Below are positions 23,401 to 36,808 of a stretch of 64,000 bases of DNA, in pieces (the stretch's first letter is position 1; each line of letters begins with the position of its first letter). This stretch comes from Tricharina praecox (taxonomy: Eukaryota): NCBI RefSeq assembly GCF_024521635.1, contig NW_026250412.1, positions 806,001-870,000 of the forward strand, in the 5' to 3' direction. The translations under genes were made by a program, and so were the position numbers. The notes under the pieces are model-generated. The model did not search any database and was not told the origin of the DNA. It worked only from the letters and a program-made list of their open reading frames with translations.

Positions 23401-25973
23401 ATGAGACCGGCCAAAACGTCGAGTGCGGGCCGCCTCGCGAAGGCCTTGGATAACAAGGTCCTCGCGCTCGTGCGCCAATTCGTTTCCGAACAGTCCTCGG
23501 ACGAACCGACGCTGCAGCTCAAACTCTCCGCGGTCTTCGCATACGTCTCGTCGGATCCGTCGCTCACGAGGCACAAGAAGCCAACCCTCGAAAAGTCGAT
23601 CGAACGGGCGCTTGATGTTATCCGGGAGGAGGAAGAGGAGGAAGAAGAACTGGACAGCGACTTTGAGGGCCTCGAGATCGCCAATATGATGGTTCCCGAT
23701 GAGAAGCAGAGCAATGCTGTCAACAAGAGGATTACGGATATGTGGGGGGTGAATTCAGGCGCTACGAGCGACGCTGGGAAAGCAAGTGTGCCGTCAACAC
23801 CTAACACCGAGCTACCGCAGCCGGTGGTTGAGCCCGTGGGAATGGCGGGAGGAGTCACTGTTCCCCCACCTCCGGCTTCACCGAAAAGGAAGCGGAGAGA
23901 TAAAGGAGATGAAGCAAAGCCAAAACGGCAGAAAGGTATGGACCTGTGCGGTGGTGGTGGCGCACAGTCTACTGACTATTATGTCTTGCAGCAAATAAGG
24001 ATGAGAATCGCGAGCCACCAAAGAATATACTCCTCAAGGACTTGGGAGGTATAGACGATGCAGTTAACCAGCTACTGGAGTTCGTCGCATTTCCATTGAT
24101 GCACCCCGAAGTATACGAATTTACCGGTGTGCCGATACCTCGAGGAGTTTTGCTGCATGGCCCACCGGGATGCGGGAAAACATTGCTTGCAAATGCTCTT
24201 GCCGGGGAGCTCGGATTGCCCTTCCTGTCCATCTCGGCACCTTCAATAGTGTCGGGTATGTCTGGAGAAAGTGAAAAGAAAGTTAGGGAGCTATTTGAGG
24301 AAGCACGAGAAAAGGCACCGTGTTTGATGTTCCTCGACGAGATCGACGCCATCACACCAAAGCGTGAGAGCGCACAACGAGAGATGGAACGGCGGATTGT
24401 CGCGCAGATGTTGACATGTATGGATGGTATGTATGGACGTCTTTCGGTGCTTTTAGAACTGAGAACTAACGATCTTCAAGATTTAAAGCCGGAGAACAAC
24501 GATGGCAAGCCTGTGTTGATCATTGGCGCAACTAATAGACCGGACAGTTTGGATCCCGCTCTCCGAAGAGCAGGGCGTTTCGAGAAGGAGATTTGCTTGA
24601 CGGTTCCGGATGAGAAGGCCCGAGAAAAGATTCTCCGGGTTCTGTGTCAGAAACTGAGATTGTCGGGTGATTTTGACTTCCGCGAATTGGCAAAGAAAAC
24701 TCCCGGTTTTGTTGGTGCGGATCTCAGTGCTCTCACCGCGGAAGCCGGCCGCGCGGCCATCAACCGCATATTCCAGACGCTCAAAAGCAGTCCTGAGGCG
24801 CTGGATCGCCCACCGATCGAAGAGATTCCCGATGGAGATGGTGACACTTCGATGGATGTCGATCCTCCCCAGCAAACCGACACCACCATCACTACTACCA
24901 CGTCCGCCGTACCCACCACAACCACCTTGACTACGGTCGATGTGTTCAGGCCCACAAGTTTGATACAAAACTTCTTGGCCGCATACCCAGCGAAACTTAC
25001 TGAGGAACAACTTTCACCTCTCACGATAACCAACGACGACTTTCTCGTCGCTGTGCCCAAGATCCAGCCTTCATCCAAGCGAGAAGGCTTTGCGACGGTT
25101 CCTGATGTCACTTGGGACGCGATTGGTGCTTTGCAATCCATCCGACAGGAGCTCCAGATGTCTATTGTCCTGCCAATCCAAGATCCCGAACTCTTTGCGG
25201 CCGTTGGCCTCAACAAGCCTATCGGAGTGCTTCTCTGGGGTCCGCCGGGCTGTGGTAAAACACTACTGGCCAAGGCTGTCGCTAACGAAAGTCATGCAAA
25301 CTTCATTTCGGTGAAGGGCCCAGAGTTGCTGAACAAGTACGTTGGAGAATCAGAGCGGGCGGTACGACAGGTTTTCCAGAGAGCAAGGGCCAGTAAACCA
25401 TGTGTCATCTTCTTCGACGAGTTGGATGCACTAGTCCCCCGACGTGACGACTCCTTGAGCGAAAGCAGCGCGAGAGTTGTAAATACCCTTCTGACGGAAC
25501 TTGATGGGCTGGAAGATCGACAGGGCGTTTATGTCGTAGCCGCCACCAACAGACCAGACGTTATCGATCCTGCAATGCTCAGGCCCGGACGTCTCGACAA
25601 GCCCTTGCTTGTTGACCTCCCTACGGAGGACGAACGATACGAGATCCTGAAGACCATCAGTCGGAAATCGCCATTTGCCCCGGATGTGGACCTCGAAGCC
25701 CTAGCAAGAGACAAGCGTGCCGACTGCTTCTCCGGCGCGGATCTGAACGCACTGCTTAGAGAGGCGACGACGGCGGCACTGCGGAGGGCAGTGTTTGATG
25801 AAGGTGGAATGGCGGTAATCAGGGATAGGGTGAAGGTGGACGGCGGTATGAGTGTGCGCGTGAGCATGGAGGACTTTGAGATCGCTTTCGGAAAGGTTAA
25901 GCCAAGTGTCACGAGGGAACAGAGAGCTGGGTATCGACAGCTCGCCACCAAGTTCGGGATGCACCAGAAGTGA
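23401..25973 (+). CDS. RIX7: Double-AAA ATPase Rix7/NVL (60S biogenesis)
   Basis: Two GPPGCGKT Walker A motifs, DEID/DELD Walker B motifs, IQPSSKREGFATVPDVTW and SESSARVVNTLLTELDG; introns 23936-23991 and 24427-24480. Confidence 0.95.
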
Positions 25974-26351
25974 GCGGAGGATAGGTCAGTAAATAAATGG
26001 AGTTTGCTTTGGGAGAAATTGCGGTTATTTGTGGGTGACTTTGCGTACATATTGCTTAATCTTTCCCTATTCTGCTTCGGTGTTTTTTTTGCGAAGAAAC
26101 AACCAAGCGAATTCACGTTATGTCTCTGAGTATCCGAGTGATAGCTGGGTGGCGCCAATTAAATGGGACTGCAAGTCATAGCCCGTAGTTAGCGCCTTGG
26201 CAATTAATCGCGTCAGAAATCTGAGCACTGCACAACCATCGCGAATCCCAACACGCTACAGCTTCACCACCAAATCTCCTGCCCGAACCCCATAACCACT
26301 TGAGCCCTCCGTACCCTCGAATCGATATAATACCACCTCGCGACGCGTATA

Positions 26352-27745
26352 ATGTCGGGCGCACGACACTGGGAACAAGACAAGGAGGCGACTGTCTACA
26401 TTGGCAACCTTGACGAACGAGTTACGGATGCGCTGGTTTGGGAGCTTATGCTACAGGCGGGACGAATAGTGAGCCCCTAGTTCTCTATATTGTGGGCGCG
26501 TTTGTAGCATGCTCGGACGGAGGCTAACGACGACTGCGAGGAAACAGGTCAACGTACATCTTCCCAAGGACCGAGTCACGCAAACACATCAGGGCTTTGG
26601 CTTCGTGGAATTCATCTCGGAAGAGGATGCGGAATATGCGGCCAGGATTATGAATCAGGTGCGGCTGTACGGAAAGCCGATTCGAGTGAATAAGGTATTG
26701 GCACAATCCACTGGGGGGTGCGATCGGGGAGACGGGATGCTAATTGTTCCGGAAGGCGTCGGCGGACAAGCAGAAGACGGTAGAGGTGGGTGCAGAGTTG
26801 TTTGTAGGCAATCTGGACAGTATGGTGGACGAAAAGACGCTTTACGATACCTTCAGCACGTTTGGAAGTTTGATTTCAGCGCCTAAGGTGGGACCTTTCT
26901 TATCCGTGATTTTTCGCGCCTTGTTGCTGATGAACCAGATCGCACGCGACGAAGGCGGTATCTCCAAGGGTTTCGGCTTCATATCATACGATTCCTTCGA
27001 GGCCTCCGACAAAGCGATTGAGAGCATGGACAAGCAGTTCCTGATGAACAAAGAGATCAACGTGCAGTATGCGTACAAAAAGGACGGCAAGGGCGAGCGC
27101 CACGGAGACCAGGCCGAACGTCTCCTAGCAGCCCAAGCGCGGAAACACAACATCTCAATGCCTAGTGCACAGCTTCCGCCAGCGCTGTTCGCGCCACAAG
27201 GACCTGCCGCCGGCGCACCCCAGACTCCCTCGATGCCGAATGGACCCGGCGGATTCAGAGCCCCTCCTCCGCAGGCTCCTCGTCAACCCAATGGCATGAA
27301 CATGGGAATGGGCGGTCACGATCAGCATCACCAACAACAGCAGCAGCAACAGCAGCAACAGCAGCAACAACCTTACCATCACACTCCAGCACCACCGAGA
27401 GGTCCCCCACAGGGTCTCCCCCAAGGATTCCAGCAAAGCCAGCTCGCACCGCCGCCACAGGGTCTTCCCCCTCGACCTCCTCCGCCAGTCGGATTCCAGC
27501 AACAACAGCAACAGCAGCAGCAGCAGCAGTTACCACAAGGATATCCGCAAGCAATGTCGGGCATGGCACCTCCGGGCTTTGGACCGCCGCCCGGAGCTCC
27601 CCCGCCAGGATTCGGACGACAGCCTATGCCGCAGGGATTCCAGCAGATGGGCGTTCCTCCCCCCGGCTATGCTCCACAAGGAATTCCGCCCCAAGGCTAC
27701 CCGGGTGCGCCGCCTCCACCGGCAGGATTTGCGCAGAGGAGGTAG
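26352..27745 (+). CDS. HSH49: U2 snRNP SF3b subunit Hsh49/SAP49/SF3B4
   Basis: [45 protein letters not shown]; two RRMs; [13 protein letters not shown]; Pro/Gln-rich tail; introns 26469-26547, 26695-26755 and 26888-26938. Confidence 0.96.
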
Positions 27746-28815
27746 GTTCGTTAGCGGTGGAGTGGGCGTGGAGCGTGGAGAGGAGAGCGCTGTGTATCAT
27801 AATGAGAACCGTCGAGACTTTTCTGTACTTTAGCGAGAATTGGGGGTACATTCATTCTGTATAGAGTACCATAGGTACTCGGGTGCTCTGGTGGCAATCG
27901 AACACGGACTCGTGTGACGATACTGTGACTAGACGATATGTAGAACGACTTGTCCTCGATCCTCCTCCTCCCAGTTCACCATCAGTCTTTCTAACCCACC
28001 TAGTCCTCGAGCTACACCTGTGGCAGAGGGTACAGCTCGAACCATGGCCCTGGTAAAAGATACCTAGTGGTACCATGACTGTGCAGGAGTCGCAGAAGTG
28101 AGTTTGTTAAATCAATCCAAAAAACCCGCCATCCCGCCCCCCGTGAATGTATAGGCTATAGCGCATGCATATGCAGTATCTATCTCTTGAGGACGCCACT
28201 CTAGAGTACCGGTAGTTAGTATATAACTATAGGGTAGTAGTTAGGTATAGTAGTTACAGATCAGATGGAGTGGCAGTAAATCCGCCCAGTGCTTGGTATG
28301 TTAACATTAGAGTAGCCGTGAATGGCCTCACTCAGGGGAATCGACGAATCGTCGAACCCACGAATCCGCGAATCCGCCCGCGCGGATTCGATTCGATTTG
28401 TGGTTCGGGCCACTCGCCACCGAACAGCAGCTATGTAGTGCTCTGGAGTAGGTAAAGTAGGTGGTATGTAGTTAGTCAGTGTATAGTACTGGCCGAATGG
28501 AAGACTCGGACAGTCTGTAAACTACCGGCCAAAACCCCGGGTCCGAGCGGCGAGCGAGCGGACTTATGGTATGGACACGGTTGCGGTTCATCCGATCCAT
28601 TATCCAATCACCTACTATAGATGGAGTAAAGGATGGTGTTCAACCCGTGTATGATACCGAGAGCGATCCGGAGTTGCTTGCGCATTGGCTGGCTCTTTTG
28701 CAGCAAGGCATAGAGGTAGGTAGGTAGGTATCTCCATAAAATTTATATACAAATGTGCACTATATACACACACACACACACACACACACCCTCCCTCTCG
28801 AGAGAAAGAGAAAAA

Positions 28816-29706
28816 CTATTTATGAGCGCCGACAGGACACGCTCCGCCGACCTGAACGTCCTCGACCTTCTCTCCCTCCTTGAGCTCCTCGAGCCCTTCG
28901 GAGATGAGCTGGCGGAACATGTCGGCGGGATCCCAAAAGGTCTCGAGGAACTTGATGCGGAACTGGTCGTCGACCTCGGCCACCGTCAGCCCAAATATCT
29001 CGATCATCTTGTTGTGCGCTTTTGCGGTCACGGTTCGGCCAGAGGACAGCTTGGCTCGGTAGTTGCCGTTCATCACACCTGTGTTTTTATTCTGTTAGAC
29101 TTGGACTGCGATTGAAGGTGAGGGGGAAGGGGGAAGGGAATGTAAACGTACCCCAATGCCTCCACTTGACGGAGACCTTTGGCGGTGCGCCGAGCACCTC
29201 GACCACCTCCCAGTTAAACGTCTTCATGGCGCCCTTGAAGAGCTTGTGGCTCTTTGAGAAGTCCATTTCCTTAGTCTCGTAGACGCCCTTGATGCCCTCC
29301 TCGCCGATGAGAGCGTTGTAGGTTCCCATCTGCAGCATGTCTTCGGCGCTCATGCCGGGTCCGCCGTTGAGGTGGAAGCTGTAGCTCTCCTGGGAAATCG
29401 TGCGCCATTCCTTAGGGTCGACTTTGTACGACGCCTCTTTCTCCCAGTTCTTCACAAGGTTCTGGATCAGGTTCTCGAGAGAGTCGGGTGCCCAGTCTAC
29501 GCTCTTGGTCGTCTCGAAGGTGGCGTTGGTCAGGTTGTAGTCCGGGGCCTTCTTGTATCGCCACTTGGCATCTGGAGGAGCAATGCGTTAGTCCATTGTT
29601 CAAGCTGTTGTGTAGGTGGAGAAGATGGGAGGAGGGCAATCGGGAACGTACCATCTTTCAAGACGATGTTGGGGTCGGTCATGTAGTCGGGGAGTGCGGC
29701 GGCCAT
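28816..29706 (-). CDS. Pathogen-related protein family (SnoaL/NTF2-like)
   Basis: Introns 29651-29572 and 29151-29079. Motifs PDYMTDPN, WRY..PDY, SLENLIQNLVKNWEKEASYK, GTYNAL, FNWEVVEV..PP.V..KWRHWG and a C-terminal CPV. Confidence 0.88.
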
Positions 29707-32700
29707 ATTGAAGTAGTGGTGGTAGTAGGAGGAGGTAGAGAGTAATGGAAGCTGGTAGATGTAGGAATTCGTAAATGGTATCCGTAGCAAGATGGAGAAT
29801 ATCACCCCACCGGTGAGAACTGCGTACTTTATATACAAGTCCCAATGGCTGAAGAATACTGAGCCTGCACCGCACGTTCCTCTCTCGCCAGACTGTCCTC
29901 CCCTCCCCCCTCTCCCCTCCCCTCCCCTCTACCTCCATTCTCCCCGCAATACAATCATCATAGTGGTCAGATAATTCAGGAGCTCCTCTTCTTCCGTATC
30001 CGGCATATCTCCCCGGTTCCTATGTGTTGTGAAGGAAGTAGGTAGCTTCATTATTCTACCTGCTGTGCCGCTTAGACCCCATCCCCAACCAAGTGCGTCG
30101 GATTGGTGTTTACGCTCCCACACAGCACACAGCACACGGACCACGGGTCGGACTGCCCCCCCCCTTGGGCAGATATGTACTATCTTCATGGTAGTTATCC
30201 GATAAATTTTTCCCATCAGCCAGCACCAGGGTAGAGCGAACCGGACACGACATGTGCAAGCAAGCAAGCAAGCAAGGACCCGTCGAGTCGTCGTCGAGTC
30301 GTCGACCCCCATCTGCAGGGACGAACGAGCTATCGCCCGCAGCTCGCAGCAATACCATAGCAGACGCGCGATATAATGAAATGCGCCGGCCGCCATTGGC
30401 CGAGATAGAGTGCTAACTAGCCGCCACCGCTCAAACGCGGGTAAGGACGAGAGGGAAGGTCCCATCCTGCTGTGCCGTATGTATAGGTAGGTTTTATATT
30501 GCCCTGGTGACAGGTACAGGCATCTATGTAGCCTGTGCCTGTGCCTGCCTGTGCCTGCTCGCAATATCTGGGCTCCACCACCACCACCACCACCACCAGC
30601 GTCCCTCCCTTCCCTTCCCTGGCCCTGGGGGCTATGTACCTTTTCCCCGCATGTGCTCGGTGAGGTGAGGCGAGGCAAGAGACGATCGAGAGTTCTCGCG
30701 ATCGGAGAGGGGTGAATCAGCCTGAGGAATTTGGGTCAGCGGATCCGGGAGAAACGTGGGGACTGTGTGGGTGGGATATCTACATACCGGTACCGGAGGC
30801 TACAGATCGCTTGCCCTAAGAACGTCGCGGACGGCTCGTAGTTCGAGCAGTTGATTAGCAGTTGGCGCCGGTTCGCCCAGCGACCGACCGCAGAGCACTA
30901 GGTATGACGGTAGTTAGCTCGGAAAAGGCGCGGACCGCCGACGTGGCTTCCATGGTGAACGTTAATTCTGTAGCGTGTCTCTCGTTTGCCGTAGTTACAT
31001 AACTACCTCCTGGCTAGGCTGTGTCTGGGTTGCTGGATGTACGTCGCGTAGAGTGCCGAACGTGATGTTGCGGAGAGAAGAAGACATCCTGTCCCGATAG
31101 CGATAGGTTTCGAACGAGAGAGCAAGAGGACGAGCCCGCTTCACCGGGTGGGGGTTCTGGTGGATGCTGTGAGGCCTGTCTGTCCCATCCTCTGCTCTGT
31201 CGGCTGTGTCCCTGAAAGAGGAGCGACATCTAGCGCAACGAATTGCACCGCCTTAGGTACCCTAGAGTATTTTCAATTCTTGTCGTCTTCCCTTCTTTTC
31301 CGCCCAGAATTTTCTGTTCACTGGTGTGACTTCCCGTATGTACAGTGTATGTACACCATGCATTGCCGGCCGGAACTGTTGCACGGATACGGACGACATG
31401 TGCATTCGAATCCAAGGTATCGCCCAGCCCACAGTGCCCCACTCGGAAGCTATGTAGGTAAGTACAGGCTACATCCATCCATCTATCATACGACCAATTG
31501 ATAACAGCGAATTACGCAGGATGTAACTAGTAGTTTGCGAAGGCGAGGAACCCGTTGGTCGTGAGCCTAGATTCATCCAGAATATGTATCCACCGGACCC
31601 GGCACCGGCACCGGACTGGAAACCATGGCAAACGTATGTACATGCCAGCTCCGTGCCCGCAACTGCCCCGCTAACCTAACCTTCCATGGTCAAGGATCTG
31701 GGCTCAGATCCCAGTTCCGTTCCCGCGGATGTTTGGATAAGGAAAACTGCCAGTTCTAATCTATTCTACATATGCGTCGGTAACTCTACGGTCGGCAGTC
31801 ACTAGGCGAGGAGATTCGCCGTTCCTTAGGTGAACGAGCAGAGATATTGGATTCTTGGGGATCTCCTCGATTTCGGGAGACGTTCGGTTCGAGTCCTATG
31901 TCGATTCCTAAACCCATCCCGAGCGCTACTAGTTAGCCGTGAGCGTTTCAACACAGTTCCAGGAATCCTCAGGTCCGAAGGATCAAGAACCCACCCCACG
32001 AAGTTATGAACCTGATCTTCCATGCCAGGAACCCGCAGGAACCCCCGGACGAACGTCTGGAGTCTGGCTGGAATCCCATGTTTGCGGATCTCAAAGACTG
32101 ACCAGACCCGACCCGACCATGGACCATGCAGCACCGAGCGTGGGGTTGCAGGTCTGCCCTATGTACTCTACCTAGTACGGGCTCCACCCTCTGGTACACG
32201 CACACTTTACTGAAAGGCCAGCGGGGCGGGATGGGACGACATGAGTGATAATGTGTGATTGGCGCTGCAAACTGGCAACTAAATGTCACGATACCTATCA
32301 GACCTATCAGACCTCCAGCGTCGTCCAAAGGCGAGAAGTCACGCCTCAGGTTCAATGTGGAGACAAGACAAGACAAGCTTCTTCCGTTTCTGCAGTCGTC
32401 TCGTGGAAGGCCAAGCCCACTCACTCTTGAGGGGCATAGCGGGGTCTGGTCTAAACCCCCAGCTTTGAAGCAGGATCTGCCGCTCTTTGACGGGATTCCC
32501 GTCTACCTAATTAGTTCCATGTGGAAGGGGGGGTGCGGGGGCGGCGCGGGGGGCGGTGCTTTGCTAGTAGCTTCCCGAAGACGGGGGGCCGGGGCCGGTG
32601 GTCGGTGGTTGAGCGAAGACTGAGTCCCGACTATGTATGTACCTTGTATGGATTCATGGATGGTCGTCGTCGTTTGTCATGCAGCTGAGGAGGTGATTGT

Positions 32701-33385
32701 GGGTATCGATGGGCTAGCCTGGGTGACAAGGGGGGAAGGATGGAGGGCGCGGTGTTCGGGGAATTCGGAGTGGAGAGGTTCGTCTACTAGCCGAAATAGA
32801 TACTGTATGTAACTTGCAGATGGTAGCATGGTGTAGGGAAGAGCTCAAGTAATCAGCCCGGTGTTCCATTACGTGCAGGGCAACAGCTTGAGAACATCTT
32901 TGAGTTCAAGTTCAAACCGAATGTGTTTTCAGGCAACGATGATGATTAAGATACATGTACAGTTACAGGAATCCCCGTTCCCGCCCCTTTCCGCCAGGAA
33001 CCATCATAACAGTATCGATACTGGTAGCCTAAGTATTCTCTCCATTCGGCAGACCCCACAAACCCCCCACAAATCCCCCCACAAACCCCTCGGAATCCTA
33101 CAAGTAACCACAAGCAGAAAGCACTTTTGCCCGCAGCATATGTACACATAATTTCCCTTCCCAAAGACAAGGCAATGCGAAGAAACCCTCTCCCAAAGCA
33201 AACAATATCTGCAATAGAGTTCATGCAGCTCTATCGAGATTAAAATGAAAAAAAATGAAGAAAGAAGCAAAAAAAATTCAGTCCAGCAAAAGAACCCAAC
33301 TCCAGCCCAAACAAAGGAAAAAGCAAAATCCCTCAGGAATGAAGACCCCCAAACTCTAAACAAACATCGCTCCATCCGTCGAGGC

Positions 33386-36300
33386 CTAATACGCCGATTT
33401 CCTGACCAGCGTTCTCTGCGGCATCGCCACTGCCGTAGTCATCTTCTTCTGGAAGCTCGATCTTGCCTGCCCGCTTCTTCCCTTCCAGTACGGTCGTTGA
33501 TCGTCGTCGTAGTCATCCCACGATGCGCGGGAGGAGCTGTTCGTCTTTGGGGGTTGCAGGTCCCGCCACTCCTCGTAAATTTCTTTCAGCTCCTTTTCGT
33601 CCGCGATTTGGGCACGGAGTTGCAGCATCGACTTCTCCTTCGACTCTTTGGATTCCAGCTCCTTCATGACTGGAATGCGCGGGGTGTAGCTCCATCGAGA
33701 GAGGTCTATTTCCGGCTTTGATTCGTCCAGTGTTGCGACGTCCCCCATGGCGAGAAGCTCTTGGATACCGACGCACTCTCCTGGCGCGATTGGGTCCGGG
33801 TGCGAGGGCGTGACGCAGTCGAGGTCGACTTCTTTTCGGAAGACGTGGTCGATGTCAACTCCCGAGAACCACGCACAGGATTGAGGTAGGTCCTCGATAC
33901 CCATTTGCTGTGAAAATATCGCTCTCGTCCATATGTTTGCCACTTGGAGCGCCATGGCAACCCTGTACTTGTCTTCTTCCTTGACGAGGTAGCGGATTTC
34001 GTCGTGCACGGTGATGGCGACACGCGCGGTGAGGCCGTAGCGACGGATGAGGTAGTCCATAGAGATGAGGAGGAGATGGAGGTAGTCCACGCCCGAAGAC
34101 TGAATGGCCCAGTTGATGCGGGACGTCAGGAAACCGCCCCTACTGAGATTGCCGCGCATCAGGGCCTCGGTGATTCCAGCACCAAGGACGGGGGTACAAG
34201 GTTTGTCTTGTTCCGCAAACTCTTCGAGTTTGTTGAAGACGAGACTCTCCGTCCCTCCTCTCCAAAAGGAACGGTTGAACAGTGCTTGGCTTGGCTTGAC
34301 TTTGATGCCCTTGGTCTCGCGGTACAAGTTCTCGGCGGTTTCAACGGCCTTCGTGTCCGAGATCGTGGGATTGAACTGTCGGAGTAGGGTGGATGCGAAC
34401 TTCAGTCCGGCGCCGTAGATTCGACCGTAGTTGAAAATTTTGGCACTGCCCCTCGATATACCGAGAATACTTGCAGTCTTCGAGTGCAGATCTGTGCCTG
34501 CAGTTTTAGTACCTTCAAGGGTCATAAAACCCAGAGCGCCGCCGCCGTGAATTTTGAATTGAGCATCGCCAACCAGCGCAGCGATCCACAGCTCTTCGGA
34601 GTCCACATCAGCACCAACAAACACGTAACCCGGTGGTGCTTTGACCATGGCTTTGAGTTCAGAACCAACGCGATTCTTTTTGGCGTTTGATGCCGTAAGC
34701 CAAGTCCGTTCTACTGCACGGCGAGTGATCGTACCCATCGGGATTAATTGAGGAAGAATCATCCCGAGCTTGTGTTCGCTTCCGAGACTGGAGGCGTCAA
34801 GTCCAAGGTTTTTATTCTTATCATCGCCATAAACTACCATTTGGGTTCTGATGCGTTCACGAGCAGATATCCAATATGAGCATTGAGCGTTCATCGTCAG
34901 GGCTTCCAAGGCGAGTGGGTATTGGGACGACAAAACTTCCTTGTCAAAGTACTGAAGGTACCCTTTCGCTAGAGGGTTGGCGCATCTGGCCTGCGGTCCG
35001 TCTTTGTGAGGTATCTTGAAGTATACATAGCCGGTATCGTCTTGAAGAGCGGGATTCTTTTCGTCCAACATCGAGACTTTAACGGCCGGGGTCCCATCAT
35101 ACGCGCTCGCTTCGTCGGGCGTGACACGGAATGTCCAACCGTGGAGATCCGACCAGATCAATGGCTTCTTGTCCCATGACATCTTCAGGAGCAGAGGCGC
35201 GATGCGTGTACGCACTGTCAGATTCATTGGGCCGTTGGCCTTAGGAAAGAGGTCTTTGTACCACTTTGGTTCGCCGGGCATCTTTTGGTTTGCTGCGATC
35301 CGAGATGGGTTCTTCTTGGTTTCTTTCGTCATGCGAATCTCCTGGTCTGACCAGTCGAGCTGACGAAACCATTCATCTTCGTGTACGGAGGGGTCCTGCT
35401 TCAACATTCGCGCCTCTTCGGCAAGCTGGCGTAGGTTCTTGCCGACAGCCTCGAGGAGTTCCTGGTATTTATTTTCCGCATTTTTTATGTATTCATCCCA
35501 AGTATCGTTGACAGGAAGCATGACAGAGGAGAGGTGTCTCAGCGCAGCGAAGCTCACTGGATGAGGGCATACTTCTAAAAAGCGCGGGAAGATTTCCTTG
35601 TATACTTTGTGTGTAATGGCAACATCAGTGGCACAGTAGTCGAGAAGCACATTGAGACGACCCACGACGCCCTCACGATCGAGTGTGCCGAACTCATCGC
35701 GGACGGTTTTGTCCATGTCTATATTGCAGTGAAACTTCGCAACATCTCGAAGAGAGTTGATCGAGCTTCTTCCCACCCAGGCCTCCTCCTCCTCATCTCC
35801 CGCCCCAGACTCCAGGATACCAATGAGCGACGCAGATTGGGAATCCCCTGTAAACTTCTGGCGCAGCTCCCGATTCTTCGCATGTTTCATCCACGTCGGC
35901 CGTTGCTGAGAACACATTCCGTTGACAGCTACATGCAGCGACATGGTGTCCAGAAACGAGTTCTTGGTCTGCTTGATGTTGTACTCTTCCAACATTCGTG
36001 CACGATCATAGCCGATGTTGTGCCCCACAATAACTCTCGGCGTTGTTGGATCCCCCAACGGAATGAGATGCTTGTCCGATTCGGTCTCCCCGAGCAGCCA
36101 CGGCGACAACCACGCATACCACGTATCCGGCGATGCCGCACAGGCCATGACAGCGTACGGGGAAATCTTGTACAACACCTCGACATCGAAAACCAGCATC
36201 TTGTCCTCCGGATCCGGAAAATCCACCTTCATCGCCTCGCCGGTGCGGACATCGTAACGAGTCCAGCCACTTTGCGCCACCCATTCCTTCGGCTGCGCCG

Positions 36301-36808
36301 GCAACTCCAATTTGGAAAACGTTTCGGCATATTCACGAAACGGCTCAGCCGCATCCAGTCCAAGCCTGTAGAAATGCTCATCGAGAGTCTTTCCCTGTAA
36401 CTGCGGAAGCTTCACCGAGATGGGCGGCGTGGTGTCGCTTGTCTTCCCGAGTAACTCGTGTTTCGCTAGGTGCTTCCTGGCGAGTTCGACGAGCTCCGGG
36501 TCTGCTGTCGGGGGCGGGCCAGAGAAGAGCTGCGCGCGGACGTCGAAGGGGAGTTGCTGCACGCCAATCTCATTATAACGGGGCTTCAAGGGTTCTGGAG
36601 TAGCTAGTCAATCCGATTAGCGATTGCGCACCGCGACTTCAAACGGAGGGGTTGTACCAGTATGTGAGTTGGACGATTCAGCTGAGGTTGCATACTTTCG
36701 TGAGGAGTCGCGAAGCCGCCACGAAAGGTTTGTCGGTGCTGCGTAGCGTGATATGTGCAAGGGTTGCGTCCGCACTGCTCTGCTGAGAGCGCGCCGCGAA
36801 GACAGCAT
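33386..36808 (-). CDS. MIP1: Mitochondrial DNA polymerase gamma
   Basis: ATG at 36808 with an Arg/Ser-rich presequence; intron 36657-36595; exonuclease motifs FDVE and GHNIGYDRAR; polymerase motifs GADVDSEELW, AKIFNYGRIYGAG and TVHDEIRY. Confidence 0.97.

Noticed and set aside
31850-31910. GGTTCGAGTCC B-box-like sequence suggesting a tRNA
   Set aside because: The T-stem and acceptor stem do not pair; no cloverleaf.
31960-33120. GC-rich, possibly structured stretches considered as SRP, RNase P/MRP or snRNA genes
   Set aside because: The diagnostic conserved motifs were not found; an Rfam/Infernal scan would be needed to exclude them fully.
35609-36400. Long antisense ORFs over MIP1 (similarly over RIX7, the ferric reductase and the USP gene)
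   Set aside because: Shadow frames of GC-rich coding sequence with no independent motifs.
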